Positions 49,219 through 59,700 of a DNA stretch of 64,000 nucleotides are shown here, one piece after another. The stretch is from an uncultured virus (IMG/VR IMGVR_UViG_3300035505_000652) (lineage: Duplodnaviria; Heunggongvirae; Uroviricota; Caudoviricetes). The notes beneath the pieces are model-generated. The model did no database searches, was not told the origin of the DNA, and worked only from the letters and a program-made list of their open reading frames with translations. The stretch lies in the IMG/VR virus record IMGVR_UViG_3300035505_000652; one strand, given 5' to 3'. Each line of letters begins with the position of its first letter. Position 1 is the stretch's first letter. Both the position numbers and the translations under genes were made by a program.

Positions 49219-52200
49219 TTAATCCACAAAGTTGAATATATTCTTAACAATGTCTTTCTTGATGTTGTAATTCATATTTTCAAATAATTGGAAGCCTTCT
49301 TTTGCATAGAGCCTTACAGGGTCTTCCCCTCGATAAGACATTAATTTTATATCCTGTTTCAACTCATTCATGTCAACCAAGTGCTTAATCCAATAATTAT
49401 CAACAACAGTCAAAATGATTGTTGATGGGCTTGGCACCGGCGTATTTGCATTTTCAAGCTTTTCCTTGTATTTTTCAAATAATGATTTGCCGTAAGCTAA
49501 AATTTCTTCAAATGACTTTCCAGTAATTTCATTCTCCTTCATATGAAATTCCTTGACAAAATACTTCACAAAATCCTCATTGCTGATTTCATTATACTCC
49601 CTTGTAAGAACAACCTCGACCATGTTATCTATCAAAGGGGTGCAGTCATGGGTAAGCACGTAATCCCTTTGCTCATAAATGTCAATTCTCTGGTTGTTTA
49701 GGATTTTATCATATTTTGTTGTATTCTTCCTTGTTTCAAAGTGCTGGCTTTCAAGCTTTTTCTGACAGTTGCTTATAATGTTTGAAAACAACTTATTGCT
49801 GACAGGAAGCTCATCGCTTTGGTCAAGGTTTTCAATCTTTTTGAGTTTGTCTGATGTGATATAGGTTATAAGCTCGTCTTGGAATGAAAGATAGAATTGG
49901 GATTCCCCTGGGTCTCCCTGCCTTCCGCTTCTTCCCTTCAACTGGTTGTCAATCCTTCTATTTGACGCCCTTTCTGAAGCTATAATCTTCAATCCTCCAA
50001 GCTTCCTTGTCTCATCAGTAAGCTTTATATCTGTTCCACGTCCAGCCATGTTTGTCGCAATCGTGACAGCTCCCTTCTGCCCCGCGTCTGCTACAATCTT
50101 GGCTTCCCATTCAATCTGCTTGGCATTCAATAAATGGTGGGGTATCCCTTCCTGCTTCAACAAGTTTGACAATTCCTCGCTTTTCGCTATATCAAGGGTT
50201 CCAACCAATACAGGTCTGCCAATCTTATAATTTTCTTTTATATCCTCAATAATGGCTTTGTTCTTAGCCTTCTCTGTCACGAATATTATATCATGCTTGT
50301 CATTCCTTATACATGGCTTGTTTGTCGGGATGACGACAACCTTCAATCCATAGGTTTCCTTAAACTCCTTCTCCTCCGTCTTGGCGGTACCTGTCATTCC
50401 AGAAAACTTTTCATATTGCTTGAAGAAGTTTTGGTATGTGATGCTTGCCATTGTAATGGATTCTTCTTTTACATATACGCCTTCCTTTGCTTCCAAGGCT
50501 TGGTGGAGGCCGTTTGAAAACCTTCTTCCCTCTGCAATCCTTCCTGTATGCTCATCAATAAGGATTACCTGACCGTCCTTGACGATATATTCCTTATCCT
50601 TCTTCATATCAAGGTTCGCCCTTAAAGATTGTTCCAAATGATGCCTTAACAATGTATTTTCAATATCAGAATAATTTTTTAATCCAAAAAACTTTTCTGC
50701 CTTGGTTACTCCAATCTCAGACAATGTTATAAGCTTTAATTGCTTGTCGATTTCATAATCATCTGGCTTTAAGTGCTTTACGAATACATCACAAATGGTG
50801 TAAAGGTCATTTGCAGACCCGCTTGGTGATGATATAATCAAAGGCGTTCTTGCCTCGTCTATAAGGATGCTGTCCGCCTCATCTATTATGCAAAACGAGA
50901 ATGGCTTGCATTGGACTTTATTGTTGATGTTCTTAACCATGTTGTCCCTTAAATAGTCAAATCCCAATTCAGAGTTGGTTATATAGATGACATCCTTTGC
51001 ATAAATATCCCTTCTGTCTGCGCTGGGCGTGTCATGGATTATACAATCCACGCTCAATCCAAGGAACTCATATAACGGCTTCAATGTCTCCATATCCCTG
51101 TTTGCAAGATAATCATTTACCGTCACTACATGGACCGACTTGCCGCTTAATGCATTCAAGTATGCTGGGGCGACTGTTACAAGGGTATTGTGTGTTACGA
51201 CATATTGCCCTACAAGGAACAAATGCTCGTCATTATCAACCTCAAAGCAAACCTGCTCTTCCATTCTATTGAGGTATTCAATGCTTACAATTTCAATTTT
51301 TGAAATATCCTCTTTTGATGAAGCTTCTTTGTCTGCAAGGGCTTTGAATTTATCAACATCATTTGTAAATATGCTTACAATGTATTGTTCATTTTCATCC
51401 TTGCCGCAACTGCATGATAATCCCAAGGAATAAACGACTTCCATGAAATCATCCTTTAAATCCTCTGAATATGTTGAGAATGTCAAAGCCTCATTTTCTT
51501 TAATGAAGTTGATGTTGCCTGAAGCCTCCAGCATACCCTTAACCAAATCCCATCTTTGCTCAATTGATGAAACCTTGTAAATGGAAGGGATTCTTCTTTC
51601 CTTCAAAATAGTCCTTGTCATTTCATCATTTTCTATTTTGAAATCATAATTGCTTTTTGTCTTTGAAATGCTTGAAACAAGGCTTCCAAGCTGATAAGAC
51701 GGATATGGAAGTTCCTGCTCATCATATTCAACAGCTGAACATAATGGAATATAAAGCTTCCCATGTCTTTTCATTAATTCCTGCGTAGTAAATGTCAATA
51801 AAGCGTTCCCTTCATAAATGCTCCATAAATGCTCGCCTGCGCACTCAATCTCTCTGCTGTCTGCCAAAGTAACCTTATAAACGCCAATCATTCCCTGCGG
51901 ATATACTCCAATAACCTTTGTAGGCTTTCCAAGTCTGTCAAATAAATAATCCCCAACTTTGATATCCCCTACAACCTTCCATCCTTTTGGCGTCGGGATT
52001 GGAGTGTTTATTGGATTTGCTTTTCCTTCTCCAGTCTTCATTTCAGCAATCTTTCCTTGGTGGAGGACTACCCCGCCAATCATTTGTACATCATAAGGCC
52101 TCATTCCTAAAACCCTGTCACTTGCTTCTCTTACAACTGCGAATGCTTCTGGGAGGATTTGCTCCAGTTTTTTACCCTGTTTAATCTGTTCTTTAAAATA

Positions 52201-52305
52201 AGGTGTCTTGGCTTGCAATTCTTCATCAGACAAATTCTTCATTTCATCTGCATAAGAATTAATTTTTTTAACGTATTTTCTTGTTATGTTGCTAACCTGA
52301 CTCAT
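49219..52305 (-). CDS. secA: Preprotein translocase ATPase SecA, intein-containing, lacking C-terminal SEC-C zinc finger
   Basis: AFAVVREA, IAEMKTGEGK/TL, VHVVTVNDYLA, DEADSILIDEARTPLIIS, GMTGTA, ATNMAGRGTDI, RRIDNQLKGRSGRQGDPG. GGAGGT RBS before MSQVS. Confidence 0.95.
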   Translation of the reverse strand: MSQVSNITRKYVKKINSYADEMKNLSDEELQAKTPYFKEQIKQGKKLEQILPEAFAVVREASDRVLGMRPYDVQMIGGVVLHQGKIAEMKTGEGKANPINTPIPTPKGWKVVGDIKVGDYLFDRLGKPTKVIGVYPQGMIGVYKVTLADSREIECAGEHLWSIYEGNALLTFTTQELMKRHGKLYIPLCSAVEYDEQELPYPSYQLGSLVSSISKTKSNYDFKIENDEMTRTILKERRIPSIYKVSSIEQRWDLVKGMLEASGNINFIKENEALTFSTYSEDLKDDFMEVVYSLGLSCSCGKDENEQYIVSIFTNDVDKFKALADKEASSKEDISKIEIVSIEYLNRMEEQVCFEVDNDEHLFLVGQYVVTHNTLVTVAPAYLNALSGKSVHVVTVNDYLANRDMETLKPLYEFLGLSVDCIIHDTPSADRRDIYAKDVIYITNSELGFDYLRDNMVKNINNKVQCKPFSFCIIDEADSILIDEARTPLIISSPSGSANDLYTICDVFVKHLKPDDYEIDKQLKLITLSEIGVTKAEKFFGLKNYSDIENTLLRHHLEQSLRANLDMKKDKEYIVKDGQVILIDEHTGRIAEGRRFSNGLHQALEAKEGVYVKEESITMASITYQNFFKQYEKFSGMTGTAKTEEKEFKETYGLKVVVIPTNKPCIRNDKHDIIFVTEKAKNKAIIEDIKENYKIGRPVLVGTLDIAKSEELSNLLKQEGIPHHLLNAKQIEWEAKIVADAGQKGAVTIATNMAGRGTDIKLTDETRKLGGLKIIASERASNRRIDNQLKGRSGRQGDPGESQFYLSFQDELITYITSDKLKKIENLDQSDELPVSNKLFSNIISNCQKKLESQHFETRKNTTKYDKILNNQRIDIYEQRDYVLTHDCTPLIDNMVEVVLTREYNEISNEDFVKYFVKEFHMKENEITGKSFEEILAYGKSLFEKYKEKLENANTPVPSPSTIILTVVDNYWIKHLVDMNELKQDIKLMSYRGEDPVRLYAKEGFQLFENMNYNIKKDIVKNIFNFVD
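51187..52020 (-). mobile_element. Class-3 intein (278 aa) with degenerate LAGLIDADG endonuclease, inserted in SecA Walker A
   Basis: GEGK|ANPINTPIPTPKGW...ECAGEHLWSI...QVCFEVDNDEHLFLVGQYVVTHN|TLV. Removing it restores GEGKTL. Confidence 0.92.
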
Positions 52306-52879
52306 AAATATAAAATTACCTCCAAAAAAATTCCTTTCACAATTTTTTTTATTATACAAAATTTTTTTTAAACTTTCAAGTGTTTTTTTGTTTGAACTTT
52401 AACATATTTGTCAGTTTTTAAAAGATATTGTCTTAAAAAAACTTTTAATAAGTAAAATTTTAAAAAGTTTGCTTGAATAAAAATTGTGGCTTGTTCTAAA
52501 ATTGTAGATTTTGCTATTTTAATATATAACCTACATTCACCAGTTTTACAAAAGCATCATTCCATAAAACCAATGAAAGTAGGTTGTCTTTTTTTGTTTT
52601 AAACTATAGGGAAACAATACAGCTCAAATTGAATAAGTTGCAATTCAAGCTTAAAGATGTTTTTCTTATATTAATATATGCTTTTAATATAGGGGAATTT
52701 GGAAAATTTTGCCTTATAATGGGATTTTTACAAAAATATTTTGTAAACAAAATTCTTTTAATAAAAAAGTTCTAGACATTATTGGCATGTTTTATATGGT
52801 TTTGCGTATAATTAAATTGAAACCTATAAACATAAATAAGGAAAATCTAAAAAGATTTATTAAAGAAAGGAGATTTTTT

Positions 52880-53338
52880 ATGTTGCAGGAGAAGATTAAT
52901 AATTTGCAGGAAAAATTAAATAGAAAGGAGAGGTTTGTCTACAGACATAACGGCAAATTTGTACTCGCCTCTTTTGTCCTGATGATGATGTTCATTGTAG
53001 GCATTGTAAAGCTGGGATTTGTTCCAGTATCGGCTACCGGCGTAAGCAAGACCGAAATAGCGCATATTGATGGGCTGAATGATGCTCGAATGAAGTCAAT
53101 ACAATATGTATTTGATTTTGATAAGAGTATATCAAAAGAGACAAAAGAGAAAGTGTATAATTATATGTACAGCACCGTTTCTGATGAAGACTTGCTTCAT
53201 ATGGTAAACATGCGTGAGCATGTGGTGTTTGGAAACAATTATACGTTGGGGATAAAGGATGATGACCCATACACTCTATACAGTCCAATAGACGTATCTA
53301 TAGACGATATAGAAAATGCAATGGCAAATCTCCCCTAA
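52880..53338 (+). CDS. Single-TM hypothetical protein
   Basis: GAAAGGAG RBS before MLQEKIN, one hydrophobic segment, terminator at about 53346-53375. Confidence 0.75.
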   Translation: MLQEKINNLQEKLNRKERFVYRHNGKFVLASFVLMMMFIVGIVKLGFVPVSATGVSKTEIAHIDGLNDARMKSIQYVFDFDKSISKETKEKVYNYMYSTVSDEDLLHMVNMREHVVFGNNYTLGIKDDDPYTLYSPIDVSIDDIENAMANLP

Positions 53339-53591
53339 ATCATTCATACAAAGCCATTACCAATGGCTTTGTATATTTTTTAAAGGCATAGTATGATGAA
53401 GGAATTCACCCTCCTTCATCCACTATAAACATATTCAATTCAACTTTTTTGGGAGGAGGCATCCTCCCATTATTCTTAAGAAAAATTTTTCTCAAATCAA
53501 AATATTCAAATTTTATTTTTATATAATTTTAGAAACCCATTAATGTAAAATAAAAAATGACTATATGTATAAAAATAATCTAATATTTCTC

Positions 53592-53620
53592 TTGACTTCA
53601 TAAGAACTTTGTAGTATACT
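53592..53620 (+). promoter_or_regulatory. sigmaA promoter
   Basis: TTGACT-17 nt-TATACT. Confidence 0.7.
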
Positions 53621-53806
53621 ATGTGTATAATAAATATATACACGATTGAACAAGCATATTTTGCTTGAAATATCAAATTAGTTGGGCAACAATGTATTCA
53701 CAAAATTGTTATTGCCAACCATTGAAAATCACTTATATGAAATTTTAAACCAAGTATCAAAGGAGAAAGGGTTTACTAAAAATAATAAGGAAAGGAAAAT
53801 TTAAAC

Positions 53807-54016
53807 ATGAGACCAATTGATGCAGACGCTTTAAAACAAGAAATCCTCACCATGTTAGATGAAAACCATAGCATGAGCAAAAAGAAAGTACATGAAGTGT
53901 TGAACAAAATTGATGACGCTCCAACTCTAAATGAAACAAATGGGGTTTACACTGATGACAAACCAAAAAATATGCCTTTTATTTTGACGGAGGCACTTAT
54001 TATGATGTTTTGTTGA
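53807..54016 (+). CDS. Small phage-like hypothetical protein (MRPIDADAL... type), possibly the 5' part of a frameshifted gene
   Basis: AAGGA RBS. The MRxIDADAL...IDDAPT pattern is one I recall from Firmicutes phage/mobile proteins. Confidence 0.6.
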   Translation: MRPIDADALKQEILTMLDENHSMSKKKVHEVLNKIDDAPTLNETNGVYTDDKPKNMPFILTEALIMMFC

Positions 54017-54633
54017 TGAATGAGGATGGCTATATTGACAGTTCATTTTGCAATGATGGGTATGATAATTCTGTACCAGAAGATTATGCAGGTGCAATAA
54101 TCAAAGGCTTCATTGGCAACAGTGGGGGAAAAGTATATTATTATGATTTACCCCACCAAGACTTCAACAACATAGTTGGGAAGATACACAACAAAGCAGA
54201 AATAAGCAACAAATTAGAAGATGCTCCAATTAAAAGATTAGGTAAATATCTTAGGGATATAGTGTCCAACAATGAGCATCTTGACATTGAGGAATTTAAA
54301 AACAATGATGAAAATGACAAACCCTTAAAGTATGTATTTTTCTTTAAGTTCTTAAGCTTTTGCCATACCCATCAATGCCATTACACAATTCTAACATACG
54401 AAAAAGGCAAGTTGATAAATAGGAAAGATGTAGAAGCAGACAAGAGTAGTTACCAAGGAAAAGGCTGGGAGTTGGAGGATGAAATTATCAAAACCTTGGA
54501 TTGGGATGAAAATGTATACATTTATGCATTACCATCAATATCTTTCTTGGATGAGGTAAATAAGCTTGGAGACTTAGAAGACAAACCATTAGAGCAATTC
54601 AAACAATATGAAAGGGAAGATTTCTACCATTAA
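54010..54633 (+). CDS. Hypothetical protein, possibly the 3' part of a frameshifted gene
   Basis: 207-aa ORF, poorly placed RBS, terminator at about 54658-54692. Confidence 0.7.
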   Translation: MLMNEDGYIDSSFCNDGYDNSVPEDYAGAIIKGFIGNSGGKVYYYDLPHQDFNNIVGKIHNKAEISNKLEDAPIKRLGKYLRDIVSNNEHLDIEEFKNNDENDKPLKYVFFFKFLSFCHTHQCHYTILTYEKGKLINRKDVEADKSSYQGKGWELEDEIIKTLDWDENVYIYALPSISFLDEVNKLGDLEDKPLEQFKQYEREDFYH

Positions 54634-54814
54634 GGAATAATCTCTTTTATCTTTATAAAAAGCTATGAATAATCACTCATTCATAGCTTTTGTTTTATTT
54701 AAAAATGCTTAAAATATTTATTTGAATTTATTTTGAATTAAATGAAATAATATTTTACATATTTCCCTCTCATCATTTTTATTATTTTTATCCTCTTACT
54801 ATTCCTATTTTCTC

Positions 54815-54838
54815 CAATATTCCCTTCAGGGAATATTG
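54815..54838 (+). repeat. Dispersed hairpin repeat, short type
   Basis: CAATATTCCC-TTCA-GGGAATATTG followed by TCATTAATAAAA. Confidence 0.75.
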
Positions 54839-55251
54839 TCATTAATAAAAATTAAAATCTTTCTTATTAATAAAAGCCATTCAAAACTTAAATCCAACCA
54901 GATTATTTTTGACCAATTATTGAGTGAATTTGATAACAAGAAATTAATAAAGGAATTTTTACATATTGTTAATCCATGAAGAATTTCTTATATTGAACAT
55001 CTTTATCTAATCCATGACATATAAACACATTAGATAATAAATAAAATTCAAAAAATTAAAGCAATAGACATATTCATATCATCTAATATAAATCATTAAA
55101 AATTTTAAAACAAATAAATATATATAAGCCTTATTGTCTTCATGCCATAATCTTAATCTTAATTATTTTAAATCTCCTTTTTAAATCATTCATCTTCATC
55201 TTTTATTCCTATTAATGAATGATAATAAAATTGGAATATTTTGATTAATGA

Positions 55252-55277
55252 ATAAATTCCCAAGAATGGGAATTTAT
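55252..55277 (-). repeat. Dispersed hairpin repeat, long type
   Basis: ATAAATTCCCA-AGAA-TGGGAATTTAT. Confidence 0.85.
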
Positions 55278-55358
55278 AGGATGGTATAAAAACAAGCATC
55301 TTGTGTAAACAAATTTTAAATGGTAAGAACTTGTATGGATTATTCCCATCCTTGTGTT

Positions 55359-56552
55359 TTAATCCTTTTGTTCTTTTTCCAAGCCTTCATCATTGGATTT
55401 AAATTTGTCAAGCAACCCGTCTTTTTGGAGCTTCTTTTCTATATCCTTGTTTATAAGGTTTAATATCATGGCGATAATTGGAGTTCCAAGAAACATTCCC
55501 ATTACACCTCCAAAAGCACCGCCAATCAATAATGAAACCAATATCCATAAAGGCTTGACCCCGACTTTGCCTCCAAGTATCTTTGGTCCAAGTATATGTC
55601 CGTCAAATTGCTGGAGTATCAATATTATAATAAGGAATATAATGGCGTTTTTAGGGCTTGTGCTTAATAACAAGACCATGCCTATCGCACCTCCTATAAA
55701 CGGACCGATATATGGTATCATATTTGTAATCCCGACAATCACGCTTATCAATACTATATAGTCAAGTTTGAATATCGCCATGGATATTGCACACAATATC
55801 CCTACAATAAATGAATCCAATAATTTCGCCATTATGAATTTATTTAATATCTTTTCGCAATCCTTATACACTTCAATCAATTCATTTGTTTTCTTTTCCT
55901 TTAAATAGGCAAGGCTTGCCTTTTTTATGCCCCTCTTTATATTCCCCTTTTCATACATTATATAAATAGAAAACACTATTGCCATAAGCCAATGGAGGCT
56001 AGACTTGAATATATTCGTTATATAAGTTAACACGTTTGGCAATATTTGTGTTAAATACTCTGATAATTTATTAAAAAGGTTGTCTAATCCATCATTATTG
56101 CTTATAATTGATAGTGACCCGTCACCTAACAAGTTTTTTGAAAGGGAGGAAATAAAGCCTCCATTTTGCTGGTTAGCCCAATCAATGAAATTATTGTACA
56201 GGTATGGGACTTGTGTAATTAAATCACTCAAACTATTTATAATTTGCGGCAAACATATGGCTATTAATATGGAGACAATGCCTATAAATATTATGTAGGT
56301 TATGGTTATCGAGAGCATTTTGTTCCTATTCTTGTTTTTTAGGAGCTTTTTGTTTTCCAATTTCCTCTCTATAGGCGACAATATATATGCTAAAAGTACC
56401 CCGTATAGGAATGGGGTGAGAATTTTGGTCCAAAAAGAGAATATGCTGATTAAATGGTCTTTGTTGCTCAAAGCCCCCATTATGACCAGCAAGGCAATTA
56501 TAATGGTAAAATATTTTTTTATCAATTTTGTCAATTCTTCCAAATGTTTCAT
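55359..56552 (-). CDS. AI-2E family transporter (PerM-like)
   Basis: LTPFLYGVLLAYILSP, GITNMIPYIGPFIG, LQQFDGHILGPKILG, GGAFGGVMGMFLGTP. Confidence 0.9.
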   Translation of the reverse strand: MKHLEELTKLIKKYFTIIIALLVIMGALSNKDHLISIFSFWTKILTPFLYGVLLAYILSPIERKLENKKLLKNKNRNKMLSITITYIIFIGIVSILIAICLPQIINSLSDLITQVPYLYNNFIDWANQQNGGFISSLSKNLLGDGSLSIISNNDGLDNLFNKLSEYLTQILPNVLTYITNIFKSSLHWLMAIVFSIYIMYEKGNIKRGIKKASLAYLKEKKTNELIEVYKDCEKILNKFIMAKLLDSFIVGILCAISMAIFKLDYIVLISVIVGITNMIPYIGPFIGGAIGMVLLLSTSPKNAIIFLIIILILQQFDGHILGPKILGGKVGVKPLWILVSLLIGGAFGGVMGMFLGTPIIAMILNLINKDIEKKLQKDGLLDKFKSNDEGLEKEQKD

Positions 56553-56731
56553 CTCCTTTTCTTTGGTTTTATTTATATCATTATATAAATTGAATTTTTA
56601 ATTTATAGTTTTTATTTGTTTAGATATATATTTTTGAAGATTTTTCCATATAATAGTATATATGCAGAAATGCATCTATAATTGCGCAATTTTTATTAAA
56701 AATTTTCTTAAGAAAGGAGAGTGTACACTGA

Positions 56732-59700
56732 ATGAAGATTACACTAAATAACGAAAAACTGCTTGAGAATATAAGGAAGGAATTAGATGAGGCGAATGCC
56801 AACGTCAAAAACCCGAATGAATTTCTAACATGCAGGAAGGAAGGAGATACAATAAATGTGTACCTTAATGTAAACAACAACAAGGTGATGAGCTTCCCAG
56901 CGAAGTATGCTCCATGTTTTAATTACAAAGACACATTTGTTGGTAAGATAGATTTTGAAAAGGATGCCTTACAAATTGTTACGTTTGCAGACCTGCATAC
57001 GCATACAGAGTATTCCATCCTTGACGGTGCGAACAGAATAAAGGACTTGTCCAAGAAATATGCATATTATGGAGCGATAACAGACCATGGCGTTATGTAT
57101 GGCGTTGTTGATTTCTATAAGAAAATGCATGACCAGCATAAGCATCCAATTATTGGATTTGAAGCCTATACCGATTCTTGGGAGGCTTTCACAATGCTTC
57201 CATTGGATGAGACAAGTGCAGACGAGAAGTTAAAGCTTACAAAGGTTAACAAAGACTGCAAATACCATCTTATTCTGCTTGCAAAAAATGAGACAGGATA
57301 CAAAAACCTTGTCAAGTTATGTTCATTTGGCCAATCCCATAAGGGAGGGGCTTATACCCAGAGGCCGAAGGTTTACTATGAAGAACTTCTCGCACATAAG
57401 GAAGGCATTGTAGTATTATCTGCTTGTATCGCAGGCGAGCTTCCAACATTATTAGCTTATGGAAAGTATGATGAGGCTAGAAAGATGGTTGCATTCTTCA
57501 AGGAGAATTTTGGGGATGACTATTATCTTGAAATCCAAAGACATGCTTATTCCAAAAGCGAATTTGAAAGCAAATATATTGAAAAGCTTTCGCTTGAACT
57601 TGGGCTTCCAATTACTTATGATGAGGTTGAAAAAGCCTATCTTCAAGTTTTGGATGGAACAATGACCAAGAAGGATTTCAAAGCCCGTTATACCAAGAAA
57701 ATCTATGATGAGATGGAGCTTGTTGTAAAAGAGGATAGAACCAACAAGGGAATTGAGCAGCTTGCAAAAGAGTTTGATGTTAAGGTTGTCGCTACTACAG
57801 ACGCGCACTACCTTAATGAAGATGACGCTTATATGCATGATGCTTTGCTTTGCAACCAGGTAGGCAAAAAGATTACAGACACAGAGCGTTTCCAATTCAA
57901 TGGAAAAGGATATTATGTCCATACCGTTGAGGAAATGGAGCAATTATATAATGACAAGCCTGAAGTTTTAATCAATACCCTTGAAGTTGCAGAGAAGTGT
58001 GTATTTGATTTCAAGTTTGGAGAATACAAGCTTCCAAAATTCCCAATCCCAGCCGGCTATACTGACAAGGAGTATCTGAGAAAGTTAGCTTATGATGGAT
58101 TTGAGGAGAGGTTCAAATGGCTTCCAACCAAAAAGAAGGAAGAATACAAGGCAAGGCTTGAATTTGAGTTAAGCGTAATCTTCAAGATGGGATATCAGGG
58201 ATATTTCTTCATTGTTTGGGATTACATCAGATATGCAAAGCAGAATGGAATATATGTAGGTCCAGGACGTGGTTCTGGCGCCGGCAGTATTGTTCTATAT
58301 TGTCTGCATATTACAGAGAACCTTGACCCAATCAAGTATGAGCTTCTGTTTGAGAGATTTTTGAATCCAGACAGAATAAGCATGCCTGATATTGATGTTG
58401 ACTTTGAGTTTGAGCTTAGAGAAAATGTTATAAGCTATTGCAAGCAGAAGTATGGTGAGGAATGCGTGTCAAGAATTATCACTTTTGGTACAATGGCAGC
58501 AAAGGCAGCTGTAGCTGATATGTGCAGGGTTTTGGATTATCCTATTGAGCTTGGAACAAAAATCAAGAAATTGATACCAAATGACGTAGGAATGACAATC
58601 AAAAAGGCAATGCTTGAAAACCAAGAATTAACAGACCTTTACAATTCAGACCCACAGGCTAAAGAGGTTATAGACCTTTCAATTAAGGTTGAAGGCTTAA
58701 AGAAGAACACATCAGTTCATGCTTGCGGCGTTGTTATCTCTGATGCGGACATCACCAATTATTGTCCTCAGACATTCACAAAGGATGATGATACAGGCGA
58801 ATATATCCGTACAACCCAGTTTACAATGGGAGAGTGTGAGGAGATTGGACTTTTAAAAATGGATTTCCTTGGCTTAAGAACAGAATCCGTAATCAAGGAG
58901 GCTATCAATGACATAAAGGCTCATTATGGGGTATCCATAAATCATTATGACACAACCAGCCTTCCATTGAATGACGTGTATGTTTATGCAAACGTACTTG
59001 CCACAGGCAAAACGGTTGGAGTATTCCAGCTTGAGTCCAGTGGAATTACAAGCACGATAATGCAGTTATACCAAGACATCCCAGCAAAGGTAAAGGCTAT
59101 AGATTCCAGCAACGTATTGACAGAGGAGGCAAAGCAAAAGCAGAGGGAGGAACTTGGAGACCAGTGTTTTGAACGTTTGATTGCCGGTATTTCATTATAC
59201 CGTCCAGGTCCCATGGATGAAATCCCTAATTACATCAATGGTATGTTGGATGAGAAAAACATCCACTACGATTGCAAGCAATTAGAGCCAATCCTTAAGA
59301 ACACATACGGAGTAATCGTCTACCAAGAGCAGGTTATGCTTATAGTAAGGGCTTTAGCTGGATTTACACCAGGTCAGTCTGATACCATCAGAAAAGCCAT
59401 GGGTAAGAAAAAGCAGGAAATCCTTGATGAGTACAAGCCATATTTCATCAATGGTTCTGGAAATGATATTGACCCCCATACTGGAAAGCCATATGGTATT
59501 GTAGGATGTAAGGCTAATGGAATTAATGAGATAGTCGCCAACACAATTTGGAGCAAGATGGAGAGCTTTGCAAAATATGCATTCAACAAGTCCCATGCTG
59601 CTGCTTATGCCGTTGTAGCTATACAGACTGCTTGGCTTGCATACTATTATCCTATAATATTCCTTAAAGCGAACTTAAACGTTTACAAGGGAAACCATGA

